From positions 19,939 through 83,938 of the forward strand of contig JALRLV010000007.1 of NCBI GenBank assembly GCA_023268715.1: a stretch of 64,000 nucleotides of DNA, read 5' to 3'. This DNA comes from Candidatus Thalassarchaeaceae archaeon (GTDB lineage: Archaea; Thermoplasmatota; Poseidoniia; Poseidoniales; Thalassarchaeaceae). The translations under genes and the position numbers were made by a program. Shown piece by piece: positions 47,785-56,411 of the stretch; positions within the stretch are counted from its first letter, which is position 1, and the number at the start of each line of letters is the position of its first letter. The notes under the pieces were generated by a model. That model had not been told where the DNA came from. It did no database searches and was given only the letters and a program-made list of their open reading frames with translations.

Positions 47785-48783
47785 TCAGCGTTTACTTGGA
47801 TTCGACCATCTAGAGTCTGCAGGTGGTCTAGTTATCGCCAGATAACTCCATGAGCCTCCCTTATTGACAGGGTGCAACCAAATTTTGTTTACTCCTGCTG
47901 CTAATCTGGAGGCGAGGCAAGCGCCGGCCCAATCTCTTGGTGCATCCTCTGGCAAGACTACAAGGAAAGGTGCATGATCATCTCCTAGAGGTTTATCGTA
48001 ACATCTCCATCTGGTGCCGTACTTGAATCCGGGTCGAATGACAAGACCTCTATTTAGCAAATCAGAAAGAATCATTGCCCCTTCCGATGAGGGTTTTAAT
48101 CCTTGAATAATTTCACATGTGATTGAATCAACATGAATACCCCCTGCTGTGGGAACTCCTAATTGTTGGATTTTCCAATCATCGAATGGAAACAGTAAAC
48201 CGTCGGCTGAGGTAATTCCTCCAGATAAATTAGCCAGAGATTCTATTGCCTCATGCTTTTGTAATGATCCACGGGGGTTTTGAGAGGATAGTTGGTACGT
48301 TACAACACTCAACTCTTCATCTACAACCAAAACCTCCGGTGTTCTTCCGGAATTGCTTACATCAACGGTCCATTGATGTAGTTCTATTGCATCTAATTTA
48401 TCAGATTCATGAAACCATCGTATTTCAGAAATTGCTTTACTATTCTTTGGATGAGTATTCGAAGACCATCGAGCAGCCCAAGACTTAGGGTGAATTTGAT
48501 GAGAAAAAAAGTCCATATTTTGAGATAAAACAATCTTGTTTCCAGGTACACGAAGAGCTTCTAGGATAGAATATTCTTGTAACAGCATTGAGTTTTCAAT
48601 TAGTGCGTTGTTCAACCAATCATTTGTTGGTAGTTCTATGTGCCTGTGATAGTGAACGAACAATGTCTCAGCCGGAGATAACGCTAGTTTTCGCTCTGCA
48701 TTCGGTCTGCCAATCGCTGATTTTTGCCAGAGTCTTTCGGCGGCTGGCCCCTCGTATACCCAAGTCCCTGAGTGGTCAGCCAT
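47785..48783 (-). CDS. endA: tRNA-splicing endonuclease, two-domain (tandem-duplicated) type
   Basis: C-terminal catalytic block LNRGLVIRPGFKYGTRWRCYDKPLGDDHAPFLVVL. The N-terminal half has the ...ERLWQKSAIGRPNAERKLALSPAETLF... pattern. The length fits the homodimeric alpha2 type. Start at ATG 48783; ATG 48855 is an alternative. Confidence 0.8.
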   Translation of the reverse strand: MADHSGTWVYEGPAAERLWQKSAIGRPNAERKLALSPAETLFVHYHRHIELPTNDWLNNALIENSMLLQEYSILEALRVPGNKIVLSQNMDFFSHQIHPKSWAARWSSNTHPKNSKAISEIRWFHESDKLDAIELHQWTVDVSNSGRTPEVLVVDEELSVVTYQLSSQNPRGSLQKHEAIESLANLSGGITSADGLLFPFDDWKIQQLGVPTAGGIHVDSITCEIIQGLKPSSEGAMILSDLLNRGLVIRPGFKYGTRWRCYDKPLGDDHAPFLVVLPEDAPRDWAGACLASRLAAGVNKIWLHPVNKGGSWSYLAITRPPADSRWSNPSKR

Positions 48784-48879
48784 ACCCCCCGGAGAGAACC
48801 TACTCGCTTGAGTTAGTCGGTCATGATTCGATGATTTAGTTTCCCCAAACCTCATTCGCCCCCTACTTTTGGAAGGACC

Positions 48880-49938
48880 ATGGCGATTGACGAAGACACA
48901 GTCTCCCGCATTGAATCTCTACGGCGATTACGTTCCAGCCTAAATGATATGGAAGGTTCTCAAGTGACATTGTTGGGCGATGTTATGTTAGACCGTTATC
49001 ACCATGGATATGCGAATAATCTGAACTCAATCGCACCAGTTCCTGTTTTGAAAATCTTCCAAACTGATGAGAGCCCCGGAGCAGCGGCTCATATTGCAAG
49101 GGGACTAAATTCGATAGGTCTAGATGTTGACTTCCACACTTTTGTTGGAAATGATAGAGAAGGTAATGCAATTATGGACATGTTAACTGAAGATGGAATT
49201 GCAGTAACTGGGATTGAATCAGTTTTAGATAGGCATACGCTAGTGAAAATTCGGTTTTTTGGTAGCAGGGAAAGTCTGCTTGAAGAGAGCCAAATTTTAC
49301 TACAGGCTGACAGAGGTCCACTTGATTCAATTGATAACTCAATGTCTGAAAAATTAGCTAATAATGCTATGAAGCAATTGGAGAATAGTTGCGCTTTAGT
49401 GATTTCAGATTATGATAATGGTGCAGTTACTGTAGCCAGCGCCTCAAAATTGATTGATGCTGCGAGAAAGAATTCCATTCCCGTCATAATGGATCCCAAA
49501 TTAACCGGTTTAGAACGGTCCCGAGGTGCCACGGTTGTTCTCGTAGAGATGAGGGGTATGGAACTTATGAGACGCCGTTTGGAAACTTCCGACTCGGCTT
49601 CCGCAGCCTCTGAACTAATTTCCACATACGATTGGGATGCATTGGTAGTTTTGGGAGGAATTAATGGTGTAACTCTCTATCAATCTGAGGGGGATGTAAT
49701 TCATTTCGATTGTACAGCTTCCACTCCAAAACAACAGATAGGTTTGCATGACGCCGCGGCAACCGCATTGGCAGTAGCTTTAGGAAACGGTCTGCCGATG
49801 GAAGATGCGGGTTTACTAGCCGCCGCCGCATGTGACTGTATTCTAACTGCTGAAGCCAGTGAAGAATTTGTCGACATTGATACGCTAGGTACTTGGCTAG
49901 ATGAATTGGTGTGGCAAATGCAAATTTCAGAAAGATGA
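48880..49938 (+). CDS. PfkB-family carbohydrate kinase (RfaE/HldE kinase-domain-like)
   Basis: VTLLGDVMLDRYHHGYANNLNSIAPVPVLKI...SPGAAAHIARGLNSIG...FVGNDREG resembles the heptose-7-phosphate kinase domain. Substrate unknown. Confidence 0.8.
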   Translation: MAIDEDTVSRIESLRRLRSSLNDMEGSQVTLLGDVMLDRYHHGYANNLNSIAPVPVLKIFQTDESPGAAAHIARGLNSIGLDVDFHTFVGNDREGNAIMDMLTEDGIAVTGIESVLDRHTLVKIRFFGSRESLLEESQILLQADRGPLDSIDNSMSEKLANNAMKQLENSCALVISDYDNGAVTVASASKLIDAARKNSIPVIMDPKLTGLERSRGATVVLVEMRGMELMRRRLETSDSASAASELISTYDWDALVVLGGINGVTLYQSEGDVIHFDCTASTPKQQIGLHDAAATALAVALGNGLPMEDAGLLAAAACDCILTAEASEEFVDIDTLGTWLDELVWQMQISER

Positions 49939-49990
49939 AATGCACATTTCTGCATGGGGTTCAAGATAGATAGGCTAGTCGTTTGAACTA

Positions 49991-51472
49991 ATGAAGATGC
50001 ACTCGTGGGTAGCTCTACTGTCACTTACAGTAATGCTTTTGCTCTGCAACAGCGTTCAGGCAGACACGCCCAACGAAGATGATCCTGCCCTAATCAGTAT
50101 AGATGTCGAAAACGGAGACTATTCAACCGAGTATATCGAGTTTACAGGATTTATCGAAGATGATGAACAACCGGAAAATGTGTTTTGGCGGGTATCGAAA
50201 GATGGGATTGAATTTGATGGCGGGGATTTGCTGAATTCCTTGGTTGAAATAACATCTACGAGTAGTAGACAACAATGGGCTTGGTCCTTTGATTTGACCT
50301 CCTCTGCTACAGGCGAGTGTGCATGTTATGTTAGTGTTCATTCCATTGATGGTTATGGATTAGAAATTATAGAAACCAGAGTGGTATTTATGGTTGAGGA
50401 AAACTCAAATGGTTTAATTGGATTTTTGTTAGATTCAGATCAATCCGGAAAGCTGATTGATTCCTCTGTTCAAATTAGTGGTTGGCTTGGGACTTATCCA
50501 AACGGTGGAGTAAATCTTGAAATCTCAGGATCTTTGGCACAAGGACTGATTCAATCATCTCATATTCCTGAATCATCAGTTTGCAATCAAGCATCCAACC
50601 TAGATGAAGTGTACCTACTTCCGACTGGAGAGTTTGAGATAAATTGGGATATTTCCGCTAAATTAGACGGTTGGATGGAAATTATACTGCTTGGCTGCCC
50701 ATCGAGTAATTCTTCTCCTGATGGTTCTCAGCACGAATTTTCTATTCGAGTAAATAACCAACCACCAGTAATCAAAATATCAGGGGTTGATTATGCGGTA
50801 GAGGACGATATTTGGCACACATTCGATGCAACCCTGACTGAGGACCCGTATTGGGGAAGAACGGAAATGTACTATGTTTGGACCCTCAGAAGGCCTTCTC
50901 ACTCTGGCAATCTTCCAATCGATGTACAAATGGGTGAAGACCTCAACACATATTCTATCTCAGGTGCACAATCTGGAAACTACACTCTTAGTTTAACCGT
51001 CTATGATAAAGGAGGCTTATCATCAGAGAAAATGGTAAATTTAGACATCAAGAATACAGTTCCTACCGCGTCACTGATAATTGATGGCGAAGCTATATCG
51101 GAGGGTCAAGAAGTTAGGATTTCAAATCCAACCGATATTAAATTAGACGCGACTGAAAGCTCCGACACAACCAATGATGCTTCTAGTTTGAGATGTATTT
51201 GGTTATTGGATAATTCACCCCTCTACGAAGGGTGTGACCGAGAATTTTCTTGGACTGAGGTTCAAGAATATCGCGCCGTACTTACTCTTGAAGTGATTGA
51301 CGATGATGGCGAGTGCGCAACGATTTCTGTAATTTTAATTCATCCAGATGAAGTCAAGCCGTTCCCAATGGCTTTGGTGGCCTTCGCATTTAGCGCATTA
51401 TTCCTAACATATGCCTTAGTTAATCGATTCCGAGGGAATAGTGAACGATCAATACCGAAATGGAAATCCTGA
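49991..51472 (+). CDS. surface protein with PKD-like domains, C-terminally anchored
   Basis: Signal peptide WVALLSLTVMLLLCNSVQA. FDATLTEDPYWG...YYVWTL...GNYTLSLTVYDKGGLSS (PKD-like) and a second LDATESSD...LTLEVIDDDGE module. C-terminal TM helix MALVAFAFSALFLTYALV. Confidence 0.6.
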   Translation: MKMHSWVALLSLTVMLLLCNSVQADTPNEDDPALISIDVENGDYSTEYIEFTGFIEDDEQPENVFWRVSKDGIEFDGGDLLNSLVEITSTSSRQQWAWSFDLTSSATGECACYVSVHSIDGYGLEIIETRVVFMVEENSNGLIGFLLDSDQSGKLIDSSVQISGWLGTYPNGGVNLEISGSLAQGLIQSSHIPESSVCNQASNLDEVYLLPTGEFEINWDISAKLDGWMEIILLGCPSSNSSPDGSQHEFSIRVNNQPPVIKISGVDYAVEDDIWHTFDATLTEDPYWGRTEMYYVWTLRRPSHSGNLPIDVQMGEDLNTYSISGAQSGNYTLSLTVYDKGGLSSEKMVNLDIKNTVPTASLIIDGEAISEGQEVRISNPTDIKLDATESSDTTNDASSLRCIWLLDNSPLYEGCDREFSWTEVQEYRAVLTLEVIDDDGECATISVILIHPDEVKPFPMALVAFAFSALFLTYALVNRFRGNSERSIPKWKS

Positions 51473-51488
51473 TTTTGTTTTTTTTGTA
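51473..51488 (+). terminator. oligo-T tract TTTTGTTTTTTTTGT directly after the stop codon
   Basis: Read directly from the sequence. It is followed by an AT-rich spacer before pepP. Confidence 0.4.
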
Positions 51489-51537
51489 AATTATTTTCAT
51501 CCCACAGTCCTAAGAATAACTTGCTACTCGGCGAAGC

Positions 51538-52893
51538 GTGGACAGTAGTGCTAGTCTACCTTTCTCGGAGTCAGAATACAGAGGACGTCAGTCTAGATTC
51601 CTTGATCATATTCCTCAGGATTGTTTAGTTCTCATTCCAACTAATCCAGCCTCTATTCGTTCTAATGACGTTCACTATCCATTCCGAGCTAGTTCCTACA
51701 TGCTATACCTTTGTGGTTGGTCCGAACCTGAGTCCGTATTAATGGCAAAGCATAACGGGAAAAACTGGGTAGTTTCATTATTCGTCCAACCAAACGATAC
51801 AACCGCAGAAATCTGGGAAGGCCGAAGAATTGGCACAGAAGGCGCATCATCTGGCTGGCCGATTGATGATGCCCATTCTCTATTGGAGATGAATGAAATT
51901 GTTTCTGATTCGTTGAAAATATCAAATGGGGTATACTTGATTCAGAATCTGAATACAGACATTGACCAAATTGTCCACGATTCTCTTACCTCAAAGAGTA
52001 GACAAAGAAATACCTACGGAATGGGTCCAATCAGTCTGGTTGATCCATCCTCACTCTTAGATGAAATGCGAATTTGTAAATCTGAGGAAGAAATCGCTAT
52101 TATGCAAAAGTCTGCTGATCTAGCCTCTATGGCCCATTCTATTGCAATGAAAAAGAGCCACAGTGGGATTGGAGAATGGGAAATTCAGGCAATAATCGAA
52201 GGTAGTTTTCAATCGAATGGTTCTCAATGGAGTTACCCCTCTATTGTTGGTGGTGGTGACAACGCAACAATTCTACACTACCATGCTAACAACCAACCCG
52301 TTTTGGATGGGGAGTTAGTCCTCGTAGATGCTGGTTGCGAGGTTGAAGGCTATGCTTCAGATATTACTAGAACCTGGCCTGTTAATGGTAAATTTACAGA
52401 GCCTCAACGAGAGATATACAATCTAGTTCTGAAGGCTGAAATAGCCGGAATTGAAGCTTGTCAGGTAGGTGCACCATGGAACGCATCTCACAAAGCTACT
52501 ATGGAAGTAATTTCTAGAGGTTTGATAGAACTAGGCATACTTAATTGTTCTTTTGAAGAAGCCATGGGTGAAGATTTGGATGGTAAAACTCGTCAGTTCT
52601 TCATGCATGGAACTAGTCATTCATTAGGTCTGGATGTTCATGACGTCGGAGTAACTAGACCTGGTGGAAAGGGCGATGGTAGGTTACTAAAGGAAGGCAT
52701 GGTTCTAACTGTCGAACCCGGAATTTATTTCGCCTCATGGAGGGAGGATGTCGAAATCCCGGAGAAATACTCTGGAATTGGGATTCGTATCGAAGACGAC
52801 GTATTAATCACCAAGGATGGACCCGTTGTCTTAACCTCTAGCTGCCCTAAACAAATTACAGAAATCGAAACATTGGTTGGCTCAGGGTTGTGA
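51538..52893 (+). CDS. pepP: Xaa-Pro aminopeptidase (M24B)
   Basis: ELVLVDAGCEVEGYASDITRTWPVNGKF, HGTSHSLGLDVHD, VLTVEPGIYF and GIRIEDDVLIT are the M24B metal-ligand blocks. GTG start. Confidence 0.9.
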   Translation: MDSSASLPFSESEYRGRQSRFLDHIPQDCLVLIPTNPASIRSNDVHYPFRASSYMLYLCGWSEPESVLMAKHNGKNWVVSLFVQPNDTTAEIWEGRRIGTEGASSGWPIDDAHSLLEMNEIVSDSLKISNGVYLIQNLNTDIDQIVHDSLTSKSRQRNTYGMGPISLVDPSSLLDEMRICKSEEEIAIMQKSADLASMAHSIAMKKSHSGIGEWEIQAIIEGSFQSNGSQWSYPSIVGGGDNATILHYHANNQPVLDGELVLVDAGCEVEGYASDITRTWPVNGKFTEPQREIYNLVLKAEIAGIEACQVGAPWNASHKATMEVISRGLIELGILNCSFEEAMGEDLDGKTRQFFMHGTSHSLGLDVHDVGVTRPGGKGDGRLLKEGMVLTVEPGIYFASWREDVEIPEKYSGIGIRIEDDVLITKDGPVVLTSSCPKQITEIETLVGSGL

Positions 52894-54067
52894 TTGTTTG
52901 GCCGCTTGGCAAGAAATTCTTGAATCTCAATTAAGTGATAACCCTCCTCGACTTTCTGTTGAGGAAGCCACAATTCTCTACGATGAAGCAGATCAAAACG
53001 AATTATTGCACGCTGGATTATTGATGCGTAGAAAGAGAGTTCCGGGGAATAAGGTGACATATCTTGTTGATCGAAATGTCAACTACACTAATGTATGTAC
53101 AATAAATTGTCAGTTTTGTTCTTTCTATCGTCCCCCAGGGCATGAAGAAACTTACACTCAATCGGTAGAACAAATTAGTGCTAGATTTGCTGAGTTAGAA
53201 AATATCGGTGGTACACGGGTGTTGATGCAAGGCGGTGTCAATCCTGATCTACCTATGCAGTGGTACACGAATTTGATTAGCCAATTAAGGAAAAGACATC
53301 CAACTATTGCTTTGGATTGTTTTTCTCCTATCGAGATTGAAGGTATCGCAGAAGTTTGTCAAACATCTACCAAAGAGGTGCTAAAACAATTGAAGGAAGC
53401 AGGAATGCATGGCTTGCCAGGCGGTGGAGCGGAGATGCTCGTTGATGATGTCCGCTTAGACATCTCTCCAAAGAAAGGTAGCTCGGAAAATTGGCTAAGA
53501 GTTATGGAAGAAGCACAAAATCTTCGACTAACAACATCTGCAACGAATGTCATCGGTTTTGGTGAGAATAACTCACACCGTGTTCAACATATGGACAGGA
53601 TAAGAAGACTACAAGACAGAAGTTTAGCAGACGGATTGATTGGATTTACATCATTCATAGCATGGCCTGTTCAATTAGAAAACAATACATTCGGTAAAAG
53701 GAATAAGGGGCAAAATAGAATTCAATTAGGAGCAGGTGCTCATGAATATCTTCGTCATGTTGCTATTGCTCGTTTGTTTTTCGATAATATTACCCACATT
53801 CAAGCATCTTGGCCTACAATGGGTATGGGTATAGCCCAACTAGCCCTATTTGCGGGAGCAGATGATGCTGGCTCTACAATGATGGAGGAAAATGTCGTTT
53901 CTGCTTCCGGCACCACAAAGACTCTAGCCGGAGAAGATGAATTACAGAGGGTAATTTCGCGGGCTGGATTCATACCACAAAAACGTGATTCAGATTACAA
54001 TCATCTCGAATCTGAAATTCTTTACGAGAGTCAGTTAGCATGCCCCCCGCCTTTACAACCTGTCTGA
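52877..54067 (+). CDS. radical SAM enzyme of the MqnE/MqnC/CofH family
   Basis: NVNYTNVCTINCQFCSFYR (CxxxCxxC) and the C-terminal FAGADDAGSTMMEENVVSASG, typical of this family. Which member it is cannot be decided by eye. Non-ATG (TTG) start. Confidence 0.75.
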   Translation: MAQGCDCLAAWQEILESQLSDNPPRLSVEEATILYDEADQNELLHAGLLMRRKRVPGNKVTYLVDRNVNYTNVCTINCQFCSFYRPPGHEETYTQSVEQISARFAELENIGGTRVLMQGGVNPDLPMQWYTNLISQLRKRHPTIALDCFSPIEIEGIAEVCQTSTKEVLKQLKEAGMHGLPGGGAEMLVDDVRLDISPKKGSSENWLRVMEEAQNLRLTTSATNVIGFGENNSHRVQHMDRIRRLQDRSLADGLIGFTSFIAWPVQLENNTFGKRNKGQNRIQLGAGAHEYLRHVAIARLFFDNITHIQASWPTMGMGIAQLALFAGADDAGSTMMEENVVSASGTTKTLAGEDELQRVISRAGFIPQKRDSDYNHLESEILYESQLACPPPLQPV

Positions 54068-55141
54068 TTATTCGATAGAATCTTCAGATCTAGCTGCCTT
54101 AAGGGGTAGATTATCAATAACAATTTTGTTTTCAGTTTGAGGCATAATAATAGGGCTGACCCACATTAACTTCATTCCTTGCCAAAGTACATGTAAATGA
54201 ATCTCCCAATGTAATGCGATCACAGAGGAGTAAATTGTACCTGGCCATCTTTCTTCAGGTCCATTCAATTTGATAGGTAATTCATTGCTTGTTTCCAAAT
54301 CCCCACTCGACCTTACCCTCATCGGTTCCAATAGGAGGATTCGAGAATAATCAACCGCTAGAGGCGTAGATTCTCCAACCCCCGTCCCATGTTCTTCCCC
54401 CCCAGTCAATCTCTTTTCTGGTAAGGCGGTGGACATTCCAGGAGGGGGTTGATCCCCCTCTGGTCGATTGGATGACTTAAGCATGGTTTTTCTTTCAGGC
54501 ACAGCGATTCCCGCTTGTATTCTAGCTGCAGAAAATTGCACCCCTTCGGGTAAATTCATTTGTGCGATCTCCACCCACCTATCGCCAATCGTTAATTCTA
54601 ATTCGGGGTTAGCTAATGGAGAATTAATGTAGGTATTTTGTCTATTAATATCTCTAGAATTAGCGTAAATTCTGATAAGTATTGGCAATACAAAAATTGG
54701 AAATGTGATGAATAATAATTTTGGGTAATCTAGTGGCCCTATTTGATAAGATCCTTGAGTTAGCCATGATAGTAATGGCACATCTCCTAAAGCCGGGGCT
54801 ATAGCGTGTAGAAACAGCGATAAAATTAACAAAATTACCGTAGGGGCGATAAATTTCCTGGCGACTGCATGTAATGGATCAGGTTCAATGTACCAACCAT
54901 TTCTTGTTCTCATCAGGAATGGTAATGTCGCAGTAGTTGTGACGGATTGAATTCTTGGTAGATTGAGATCATTTTCCGTTAGTTCCCTCCATTCTACTAA
55001 CCAACCAGATTCAGTACCGATTTTGAAGGGAGTTGGAGGTTGGGAATCTGATTCGAGAATTACTTCTGTTATTGGTATTGATTTAGGGTCTATATTTGTA
55101 TGATCAAATGGCGGGTATCTTATTCTTTGGACAGATTCCAA
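54068..55141 (-). CDS. hypothetical membrane protein (357 aa)
   Basis: Long ORF with two central hydrophobic helices (FIAPTVILLILSLFLHAIAPAL, LLFITFPIFVLPILIRIY). It lies 4 nt downstream of the reductase gene. No family recognised. Confidence 0.5.
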   Translation of the reverse strand: MESVQRIRYPPFDHTNIDPKSIPITEVILESDSQPPTPFKIGTESGWLVEWRELTENDLNLPRIQSVTTTATLPFLMRTRNGWYIEPDPLHAVARKFIAPTVILLILSLFLHAIAPALGDVPLLSWLTQGSYQIGPLDYPKLLFITFPIFVLPILIRIYANSRDINRQNTYINSPLANPELELTIGDRWVEIAQMNLPEGVQFSAARIQAGIAVPERKTMLKSSNRPEGDQPPPGMSTALPEKRLTGGEEHGTGVGESTPLAVDYSRILLLEPMRVRSSGDLETSNELPIKLNGPEERWPGTIYSSVIALHWEIHLHVLWQGMKLMWVSPIIMPQTENKIVIDNLPLKAARSEDSIE

Positions 55142-55145
55142 TTTT

Positions 55146-56354
55146 TTACCCCCAGATCAATGCAGCAGCCGCTTTTGAAGCTAGGCGACGGAATTCCGGG
55201 ACATCTTTCAACATCTTCATACCCAGCGGGATTGGATTATCTATATCACCCAGTTGATTGATTAAATCAATAACCTCCGGTTGCGACCAAACTGAAAATA
55301 ATTCATCCAATTCTTTATCCGTTGATTCTGTCAAAAATACGTTTCTTAATGCTCTAGACTTGTTTTGATTCCGTCTAAGTGTAGTAATTGTATCATTCAA
55401 ATCCTTCACAGTAGATGCGGTAAAATCATTGGTTGAGATGGCTTCTACTAATTTTGGGAGCATTAAATCAACTTGTTCGAAACCTTTCCCTATTCCGCCC
55501 CCTGTGGTAGGTTTGCATAGACCTGCCGCATCTCCGAATACCGCCACACGGTCAATCACGGGTTTTTGAATCAAGCCAGAAGGTACCGGTCCACAATACC
55601 TACCAACCTCCTTACAATTAGAGAATCTCCCTTTCCATTGCGAGGATTTCATCAAAACCTCCAATAAATCCTCACAGGATTCCTCTCCTAATTTGTGCGG
55701 TAAAGACCAGTTTCCTATCCTTGTTGTATTACCCGAAGGAATTGCCCAAGCGAAAAATCCGGGAGCGAAATCATCGCCTGTAAAGAGGTCGAGCCTTCCT
55801 TCTTCTCCTGGATATCCGGTCACCTCAATCTGGAATCCTATCAACAATTCTTTGGGTCGCCCCATTTTGAAAGTCCTACGAACCCAGGAATGAGCACCGT
55901 CTGCTCCACAAAGCATTCGGCATTGGAATTGTTTTATTTCGCCATTGATATCTAATGTAATCTCCACTCCCGACTTTGAGACATTAGCGCTAACTGGCTT
56001 TGATGACAACAATAGATCGGCACCCGAATCAAGGCTAAGTTGGACCACCCTTTCATCGAACAATTTTCGACAAACCGACCAAGTTCTGGTTGTATTTTGG
56101 TCTCCGATTACAATTTCTGTACCAGATGGGCTGTACATTCTAGCGCCCCATATCCTTGTCAGTACCGTATCGTATGCCCCAATCCTATCCATCGCTGATG
56201 GATTTACCATTCCAGCACATTGGAATGGCCTGCCAATCTCAGGGTGTTCTTCGACAAGGAGAACACTCAAACTCTTCTGTGTTAACTTCCAGGCAAGATA
56301 TCCACCTACTGGACCGGCACCGATTACAATAACATCGTAAATGTCTCTAATCAA
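55146..56354 (-). CDS. geranylgeranyl reductase family FAD-dependent oxidoreductase
   Basis: YDVIVIGAGPVGGYLAWKL...LLVEEHPEIGRPFQCAGMV, CGADGAHS and VFGDAAGLCKPTTGGGI fit the GGR/ChlP family. TTG start. Confidence 0.85.
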   Translation of the reverse strand: MIRDIYDVIVIGAGPVGGYLAWKLTQKSLSVLLVEEHPEIGRPFQCAGMVNPSAMDRIGAYDTVLTRIWGARMYSPSGTEIVIGDQNTTRTWSVCRKLFDERVVQLSLDSGADLLLSSKPVSANVSKSGVEITLDINGEIKQFQCRMLCGADGAHSWVRRTFKMGRPKELLIGFQIEVTGYPGEEGRLDLFTGDDFAPGFFAWAIPSGNTTRIGNWSLPHKLGEESCEDLLEVLMKSSQWKGRFSNCKEVGRYCGPVPSGLIQKPVIDRVAVFGDAAGLCKPTTGGGIGKGFEQVDLMLPKLVEAISTNDFTASTVKDLNDTITTLRRNQNKSRALRNVFLTESTDKELDELFSVWSQPEVIDLINQLGDIDNPIPLGMKMLKDVPEFRRLASKAAAALIWG

Positions 56355-56411
56355 ATGCTACCCCTCCTAGTCTAGGGTCCTAGGTAGTAATAGCGCATAG
56401 ACCAGAAGATA